NCBI GenBank assembly: GCA_965218795.1
Contig: OZ244653.1
Span: forward strand, 4,128,001 to 4,192,000
Reading direction: 5' to 3'
DNA length: 64,000 nucleotides
From: a bacterium
GTDB lineage: Bacteria > UBA8248 > JACPRG01 > G963555815
Part shown: positions 57,569 through 64,000 of the stretch, piece by piece
How positions within the stretch are numbered: the stretch's first letter is position 1
Layout: each line of letters begins with the position of its first letter
Position numbers and translations under genes: made by a program
Notes under the pieces: generated by a model
Told to the model about the DNA's origin: nothing
Seen by the model: the letters and a program-made list of their open reading frames with translations, nothing else
Database searches by the model: none

Positions 57569-57784
57569 TCCCGAAAGAGCCGGTCCGATACGGACAGCCA
57601 CCGGCTGAAGATCGGTCGCCAGGGCGAAACGACATCTGGCTGGCGGTTGGGGATGGACGAAACCCGCCGGATGAAGAACCGCTTGTACAGGCGTGCCACG
57701 TCCCTCTGAGACAGGGGCAGGCTCCCCCATGCGCTGCGGAGCTGGGGCGCGTTGTCCCCCGGACCGTCTATCTCCTCTCACCCC

Positions 57785-59197
57785 TCACCCCCTCGACCGG
57801 ACGGTGACGAATCCCCGGTGGCGGCCGCGCTGGATGAGGAGGACGGCGTCCCGCAAATACTGACCCGCGGCGATGGCCCCCTGAAAATCCTTGAAGGTCT
57901 TGATGCGCAGGTTGTTGATCTTCCGGATCACGTCGCCCGCTACGAGACCCGCCTGGTCCGCCGGACCGCGGTCGAACGTCTGGACGATGACCACCCCGTC
58001 CGCCGTCAGAATCTTGTACCGCGAACGGTGCTCCGCCGTCAGATCCCGCGCGACGATGCCGAGCCAGTCCTGCGCCACCCTGTCCGCCGCCTCCGCGCTC
58101 AAGCCCTCGGCGACGACCGTACGCCGGATGGTCTTCCCCTTCCAGAACAGCTCCAGCGACATCTCCGAGTCCTGCGTATACCCCGCCATGTCGGACAGGA
58201 ACTCCACGCGGGACTCGACCGTCTTGTTGCCGATGCGCATCAGGATCATCCCGGGCTGAATGCCGGCCCGCGAGGCGGTGCTTTTCTCGAGGACCCGGCT
58301 GATGAACACCCCGAACCGGTGGGAATAGCCGAACTGGTTGCGAATGGGTCCCGTCAGGTTGCGGACGGTCAGCCCGGTCCACCCGGGCTGTATCTCGCCG
58401 AAGCGGACCAGGTGGTTTACGATGCGCTTCACCCGGTCGATGGGCACCGCGAAGCCGATGCCTTCCGCCTGGGCGCGGATCGCCGTGTTGATCCCGATGA
58501 GCCCGCCGTTGATGTTCAGCAACGGACCGCCCGAGTTGCCGGGGTTGATGGCCGCGTCGGTCTGGATAAAGTCCGTCTGGATGCCGCCTTTCAGCTGAAC
58601 CGCCCGGTGCACGCCGCTGATGATGCCGGTCGTCACCGTATGGCCCAGTCCGAACGGATTTCCGATGGCGATGACCGTCTCGCCCGGCATGAGGTCTTCC
58701 GATTGGCCCATCTTCACGTAGGGCAGGGGGCCCCCTTTGGCCTTGATACGGATCACGGCCAGGTCCGAGCGGGAATCCGCCCCGATCACTTCCGCCTCGA
58801 ACTCCCGCCGGTCGATCAACGAGACCCGGATGCTCGTGGCCCGGCGGATGACGTGCTCGTTGGTGAGGATGAATCCCTTCGGGTCGATGATGACTCCCGA
58901 GCCCAGGCTCTGCCGCTTGCGGCGGCGGGGGGCGTCGAAGCCGCGGAAGAACTGCTCGAATTCCGGCGGGAAGAAGCCCGGAAGACCCGCGGAGGGGGAT
59001 TGCCGGACGATGACCTCTTCGGTGTTGATGTTGACGACTGCCGGCCCGACCTCCCGCACGGCGATGACGGCGGGGGTCTCCCGGGAAAACCGCCCCGTGG
59101 CCTTGGAAATGGGGAAGACCACGGCGGCGACGCAAAGGAGAAGGAGAAATCGGAAGACCCGGGGTCGTCCGGGGTGCCGGAGATTGGGGAACTGCAT
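57785..59197 (-). CDS. HtrA/DegQ serine protease with two PDZ domains
   Basis: SLGSGVII, TNEHV, DLAV, QTDAAINPGNSGGPL. Confidence 0.93.
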   Translation of the reverse strand: MQFPNLRHPGRPRVFRFLLLLCVAAVVFPISKATGRFSRETPAVIAVREVGPAVVNINTEEVIVRQSPSAGLPGFFPPEFEQFFRGFDAPRRRKRQSLGSGVIIDPKGFILTNEHVIRRATSIRVSLIDRREFEAEVIGADSRSDLAVIRIKAKGGPLPYVKMGQSEDLMPGETVIAIGNPFGLGHTVTTGIISGVHRAVQLKGGIQTDFIQTDAAINPGNSGGPLLNINGGLIGINTAIRAQAEGIGFAVPIDRVKRIVNHLVRFGEIQPGWTGLTVRNLTGPIRNQFGYSHRFGVFISRVLEKSTASRAGIQPGMILMRIGNKTVESRVEFLSDMAGYTQDSEMSLELFWKGKTIRRTVVAEGLSAEAADRVAQDWLGIVARDLTAEHRSRYKILTADGVVIVQTFDRGPADQAGLVAGDVIRKINNLRIKTFKDFQGAIAAGQYLRDAVLLIQRGRHRGFVTVRSRG

Positions 59198-59222
59198 GGA
59201 AGGAAAACTCAGCGTACGTCCG

Positions 59223-60665
59223 TCAAGAGTGGTTCAGGGCGACGAAAAGAGAGTTCCGGTTGCGCCGGATGAGGAACAGGATCGAATCCAGATCCAGGGC
59301 CTGATGAAGCAGGCGTTGATAGTCCCTCACCCCCAGGACGGGGTTTCGGTTGATCTCCAGGATGACGTCGCCCTCCTGGAGCCCCCCCGCTTTCGCGGGG
59401 CTGCCGGATTCCACCGAGAAAATGACCACCCCGGCGGGCGGGCTCAGATTCATCCGCTGCGCCAGGTGTTCCGTGAGGGGACTCACGTGAAGCCCGAGGC
59501 TGCGGCCCGCCGAATCCTCGCGTATCCCCTGTTCCTCAGCGGTCCGGACGTCAACGGCCACGGCATAGGTTCTGCCCTTGCGAAACAGCTTCAGACGCGC
59601 CCGGGTTCCGGGCCGGGAGGCGGCCACCCAGGCCGTCACGTCTCTGGCGGCGTGAATGCGTCTTCCGTTGTACTCCAGGATCACGTCCCCGTGCCGGACG
59701 CCCGCGCGCGCGGCCGGTCCGGAGGAGGACACCTCCGACACCAGGGCACCCTGTCCGCGAGGCAGGCTCAGCGTCCTCGCCACGGTTGGAGTGACTTTCT
59801 CGAAGTTCAGACCGACCCATCCCCTGCGGGCGGAACCGTAAATCCGCAGGTCGGGCAGGATGGCCTTCGCGATGTTGATGGGGATGGCGAATCCGACGCC
59901 GAGACTCTCGGCCACGATGGCCGTGTTGAGCCCCACGACCTCTCCCCGGGCGTTCACCATGGGACCGCCCGAGTTGCCCACGTTGATGTAGGCGTCCGTC
60001 TGGATATAGTCGTCAAAGGGGCCTGTGCCGATCACCCGGCCCTTCGCGCTGACGACACCGACCGTGACGGTGTGAGACAGCCCGAAGGGGCTTCCGATGG
60101 CCATCACCCACTCTCCGACTTCCACACGCTCGGAATTCCCCAGGATTGCCGCGGACAAGGACCGCCCGGCGTCAATCTTCAACAGCGCGACATCGGTCTC
60201 CGGATCGGTCCCGACAATGCGGGCATCGTATTCGGTTTGGTCCTCCAGGGTGATCTTGATAACGCTGGCCCGCTCGATGACGTGGTAATTGGTGAGGATG
60301 TAACCCTTGGAGTCCACGATGACGCCGGACCCCAGGCTGTGACGGGGACCGCTTCGGCCGTGTGAGCCGAAATCCGGCGCAAACCGTTCCAGGTAGTTTC
60401 TGCTCCGCCGCCGCTCGTCTCCCATGAAGAGGCGCAGGCGAGGTAATCTCCAGCCCCGGACCTTCTCGGTTGTGCTGATGTTCACGACCGAGGGCTTGGC
60501 AGTGCGGGCCACCTCGATGAACGTGCGGTTGCCAAACGGGTGCCGGCGCGGATCGACCCCTTCCGATTCCGTCCGCAGACCGGGGCCTCCCAGCAGGAGC
60601 CCCGTCAGGAGAATCGGAAAAAGACGTCCCCAGGGACGCATGCGGATGGATATCAAGGGCCGCAA
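59223..60665 (-). CDS. HtrA/DegP serine protease with two PDZ domains
   Basis: SLGSGVIV, TNYHV, DVALL, QTDAYINVGNSGGPM. Confidence 0.93.
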   Translation of the reverse strand: MRPLISIRMRPWGRLFPILLTGLLLGGPGLRTESEGVDPRRHPFGNRTFIEVARTAKPSVVNISTTEKVRGWRLPRLRLFMGDERRRSRNYLERFAPDFGSHGRSGPRHSLGSGVIVDSKGYILTNYHVIERASVIKITLEDQTEYDARIVGTDPETDVALLKIDAGRSLSAAILGNSERVEVGEWVMAIGSPFGLSHTVTVGVVSAKGRVIGTGPFDDYIQTDAYINVGNSGGPMVNARGEVVGLNTAIVAESLGVGFAIPINIAKAILPDLRIYGSARRGWVGLNFEKVTPTVARTLSLPRGQGALVSEVSSSGPAARAGVRHGDVILEYNGRRIHAARDVTAWVAASRPGTRARLKLFRKGRTYAVAVDVRTAEEQGIREDSAGRSLGLHVSPLTEHLAQRMNLSPPAGVVIFSVESGSPAKAGGLQEGDVILEINRNPVLGVRDYQRLLHQALDLDSILFLIRRNRNSLFVALNHS

Positions 60666-60772
60666 CGTCTTCCCTTTGGGCTGCTCGGATGAACCGAAAT
60701 CAAAAGGGTTTCTTGGATGGGCCGGAGCCTCCCGCCCGCTGCGGCAATCTCTTCACCCGGCTGGCCTTCTGA

Positions 60773-60801
60773 TTGACAACGCTCGACTCCGGCACTACTT
60801 T
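60773..60801 (+). promoter_or_regulatory. Putative sigma70 promoter
   Basis: TTGACA-N17-TACTTT. Confidence 0.55.
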
Positions 60802-60906
60802 GACTTTATCCCTTAGCCATTGGGCTGTAAAGGGATTTTTTTGTGCGGGAATTGCGTTTGTGCGGTGGTCTCCCTTCTTTCTTAGGCTATTCTCGGAGAT
60901 TTTCAG

Positions 60907-62004
60907 GTGCTCGAGGCCGATAGGGCGATCCTGGACGACCCGGACCGGATATCGAGCCAGGATCCAGGGGGTATGTTCGACCTCCTGGCCGCCTGGCCCT
61001 CCCAATGGTGGACCGCGTCGGACCCAATTCTCGATGCCGGATGGCCGGAGGTTCCGGCGGACGGTTTCCGCCACGTGGTCGTTTCCGGTATGGGCGGGTC
61101 CGCCATCGGGGGCGATTTCCTGAACGCCTGTTTCGGCGACGCGCTCGGGATCCCGCTCATCGTCAATCGATCCTGCGACTGTCCTCCTTTTGCGGGGCCG
61201 GAGACGCTCTTCATTGCCGTCAGCTACTCCGGAAATACCGAGGAGACCCTCTCCTCGCTGGCGGGCGCGTTAGAGCGCGGCGCGGTCACGGCGGGCGTGA
61301 CGGGCGGGGGTCGGCTGGAGGCCGAGTTCCGGCGGACGGGCGGGCAGGTTTATCTCATTCCGGGAGGCCTTCCGCCCCGGCAGGCGCTGGCGCCCCTGTT
61401 CCTGACACAGATGAAACTGCTCCAGGGCGTCGGGGTTGTGCCCGAATCGTCCGAGGCGATTGCGGAAACCGGCGAAACGCTTGGCAAACTCGCCCGCCTC
61501 TACGCTCCGGATGTCCCGACGGATGAAAACCCGGCCAAGCAGATGGCCTACGCATTGTTCAAACGGGTGCCGGTGATCTACGGCGTCCAGGGTCGGACCG
61601 ACGCGGTCGCCGTCCGCTGGCGGGGCCAGATCCATGAGAACAGCAAGAACTGGGCGACGGCCGCGGCCCTTCCGGAACTGGACCACAACGAGATCGCGGG
61701 CTGGTTTTCGCTCTCCTCCATCACCCAACAGGTGGTGTCCCTGGTCTTTCTGGAGGATCGGGAGGACGGCGAGCGGATGATCCGGCGCCGTGAGATGACC
61801 TGGGATGCCGTTGCGCCCCACGTGGCGGGCGCCTTTGCCGTACAGTCGAGCGGCGAGAGCCGTCTCGCCCGGCTGTTCTCTCTGGTGATCCTCGGTGATT
61901 TTGTCAGCTGCTACCTGGCGGTCCTCAATGAGGTCGACCCCCTCCCGGTTCCCGCCATCGAGGAACTCAAAAAGGCGCTGAACGCCGGTTCGGCGGAAGC
62001 ATGA
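60907..62004 (+). CDS. Bifunctional phosphoglucose/phosphomannose isomerase
   Basis: [46 protein letters not shown]. Confidence 0.92.
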   Translation: MLEADRAILDDPDRISSQDPGGMFDLLAAWPSQWWTASDPILDAGWPEVPADGFRHVVVSGMGGSAIGGDFLNACFGDALGIPLIVNRSCDCPPFAGPETLFIAVSYSGNTEETLSSLAGALERGAVTAGVTGGGRLEAEFRRTGGQVYLIPGGLPPRQALAPLFLTQMKLLQGVGVVPESSEAIAETGETLGKLARLYAPDVPTDENPAKQMAYALFKRVPVIYGVQGRTDAVAVRWRGQIHENSKNWATAAALPELDHNEIAGWFSLSSITQQVVSLVFLEDREDGERMIRRREMTWDAVAPHVAGAFAVQSSGESRLARLFSLVILGDFVSCYLAVLNEVDPLPVPAIEELKKALNAGSAEA

Positions 62005-63812
62005 AACTTTCCGAAATCCGAAATTTTTCAATCATCGCCCACATCGATCACGGGAAATCCACCCTGGCGGACCGTATGCTCGAGCTGACCCAGGCCGTAT
62101 CGGACCGCAAGATGAAGGATCAGGTGCTGGACTCCATGGACATTGAGCGGGAACGGGGGATCACGATCAAGGCTCAGACCGCCCGAATGACTTACCGTTC
62201 ATCGGACGGCAAGGAATACATCCTGAACCTCATCGATACGCCCGGGCACGTGGATTTCTCCTACGAGGTCTCCCGAAGCCTGGCGGCCTGCGAAGGCGTC
62301 CTGTTGGTGGTCGACGCCGCGCAGGGGATTCAGGCGCAGACGCTCGCCAACGCGTACCTGGCCCTGGGGGCGGACTTGGCCATTCTCCCCGTCCTGAACA
62401 AGATCGATCTGCCGACCGCCGACCCCGCCCGGGTGTCCCATCAGCTCATGGACCTCCTGGGCGTCGGGGAGGAAGACATACTGAAGGTCAGCGCCAAGGA
62501 GGGGGCTGGCGTCCCCGAGTTGCTGGAGGCCGTCCTGCACCGGATCCAGCCACCGGAGGGGAACCCCGCGGGACCGCTGAAGGCCCTGATCTTCGACTGC
62601 TGGTTCGACAGCTACCGGGGAGCCGTGGTCCTGGTTCGGGTGATCGACGGCGAGCTTCGCGAAGGGATGTACATCGAGATGATGGCCACCGGGCAGCGGT
62701 ATGAAGTCAACGAGGTGGGCGTCCTGACGCCGGAGCCCCTCCGCGCCGGCCGTTTGCGGGCGGGGGAGGTCGGTTACCTGATGGCCAGCATCAAGCGAAT
62801 CGGCGACATCAAGGTGGGCGATACGGTGACTGAAGTCGCCCGGCCGACGGTCACTCCATTCCCCGGCTACAAGGAGCCGAAGCCCATGGTGTTCTGCGGG
62901 CTGTATCCGGTGGAGGGGACCGAGTACGATTCCCTGAAGGCGGCCCTGGAAAAGCTTCATCTCAACGATACGGCCTTCACCTATGAGGCGGAGACCTCGG
63001 CGGCCCTGGGTTTCGGTTACCGGTGCGGCTTCCTGGGGCTCCTCCACATGGAGGTGATCCGGGAGCGCCTGGAGCGGGAGTATGACCTTACACTCCTGAC
63101 CACCTCCCCGACCGTCGCCTTCCGGGTCATCACGACCGACGGAGACGTGATCGAAGTCGACAACCCGAGTCGGCTTCCGCCCCCCGGGCGGATCGACCGC
63201 GTCGAGGAGCCCTACGTGCGGGGCTCCGTCGTGGTCCCCGCGGACTACCTCGGGGGGGTGATCAAGCTGTGCCAGGAGAAACGCGGTCTCCACAAGCGCC
63301 TGGAGTACCTGGATGAACAGCTCACCCTGCTGGAATATGAGCTTCCCCTGGCGGAGATCCTGTTCGATTTTTACGACCGGCTGAAGTCGGTCAGCCGGGG
63401 GTACGCCTCCTTCGACTACGAGCCCCTGGCCTCCCGCGCCTCCGACATGGTCAAGCTGGACATCCTGCTGAACGCCGAGCCGGTGGACGCCCTCTCGCTC
63501 ATCATCCAGAAGGACAAGGCGTATTTTCACGGCCGCGCCCTGGTCGAGAAGATGAAGGGGATCATTCCCCGCCAACTGTTCGAAGTCGTGATCCAGGCCG
63601 CCATCGGTACCCGGGTCATCTCGCGGGAAACGGTCAAACCGCTGAGAAAGCAGGTGACCGCCAAGTGCTACGGCGGCGACGTGACGCGGAAGCGGAAGCT
63701 GCTCGAGAAGCAGAAGGAAGGGAAGCGGCGGATGAAGCGGGTCGGGCGCGTGGAGATCCCCCAGGAGGCCTTTATGGCCGTCCTGAGCGTGACGCAGGGC
63801 GGATCGAACTAA
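62001..63812 (+). CDS. lepA: Elongation factor 4
   Basis: [62 protein letters not shown]. Confidence 0.98.
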   Translation: MKLSEIRNFSIIAHIDHGKSTLADRMLELTQAVSDRKMKDQVLDSMDIERERGITIKAQTARMTYRSSDGKEYILNLIDTPGHVDFSYEVSRSLAACEGVLLVVDAAQGIQAQTLANAYLALGADLAILPVLNKIDLPTADPARVSHQLMDLLGVGEEDILKVSAKEGAGVPELLEAVLHRIQPPEGNPAGPLKALIFDCWFDSYRGAVVLVRVIDGELREGMYIEMMATGQRYEVNEVGVLTPEPLRAGRLRAGEVGYLMASIKRIGDIKVGDTVTEVARPTVTPFPGYKEPKPMVFCGLYPVEGTEYDSLKAALEKLHLNDTAFTYEAETSAALGFGYRCGFLGLLHMEVIRERLEREYDLTLLTTSPTVAFRVITTDGDVIEVDNPSRLPPPGRIDRVEEPYVRGSVVVPADYLGGVIKLCQEKRGLHKRLEYLDEQLTLLEYELPLAEILFDFYDRLKSVSRGYASFDYEPLASRASDMVKLDILLNAEPVDALSLIIQKDKAYFHGRALVEKMKGIIPRQLFEVVIQAAIGTRVISRETVKPLRKQVTAKCYGGDVTRKRKLLEKQKEGKRRMKRVGRVEIPQEAFMAVLSVTQGGSN

Positions 63813-64000
63813 ACCGCGGGGCGAGTCCGGACCCGGGGCGACAGGTCAGGAGGAAAGTGGGGGTATAATCAACGGCTGGTACAATTCCGGTATGCATCCC
63901 TGATGTGAGAAGAATGACATTTGTTTCGTGCGGTCCCGCCCGATTGCGCCCTTGATTGATTGCTGAACGGATGGCGAAGACGGAAGAAAAGGACGTCCTA

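Noticed and set aside
4731-63575. Many long antisense ORFs (e.g. 4731..6665+, 16310..18061-, 23674..25212-, 32054..33790-, 52196..53992-, 57752..59272+, 62199..63575-)
   Set aside because: Antisense shadows of well-supported genes, typical of high-GC DNA
63971-64000. Start of a gene after lepA (MAKTEEKDVL...), possibly lepB
   Set aside because: Only ~10 codons are visible, so identity cannot be supported

Overview
GC-rich bacterial chromosomal segment from a diderm organism (TonB, SurA and HtrA genes present). It is mostly housekeeping genes: aroF, dinG, rodZ, aroE, mfd, surA, pyrB, aceEF-lpdA, tal, alkA, dgt, tldD/E, two htrA, pgi/pmi and lepA. The non-routine content is: (1) an ~8.4 kb minus-strand corrinoid-uptake operon with one clear sigma70 promoter and three serial cobalamin riboswitches, an uncharacterised first gene, a Dph6-like ATP pyrophosphatase and a TonB with a 12x21-aa repeat; (2) a Phe/Tyr-rich leader-peptide attenuator in front of DAHP synthase, preceded by a highly structured ncRNA candidate; (3) a PyrB fused to a PyrI Zn domain plus a degenerate Ada-like domain; (4) three small lower-GC accessory islands (Xre+DUF4258; mini PD-(D/E)xK gene+GmrSD; Cys-rich-domain nuclease+integrase remnant), two of which sit next to the same two families of palindromic repeats, one family showing a compensatory base-pair change; (5) catabolic clusters whose enzymes have altered active-site residues. 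Several accessory genes carry indels in homopolymers or short repeats, which may be sequencing errors. No rRNA, tRNA or CRISPR array was found. All family assignments come from motif recognition by eye, not database searches.
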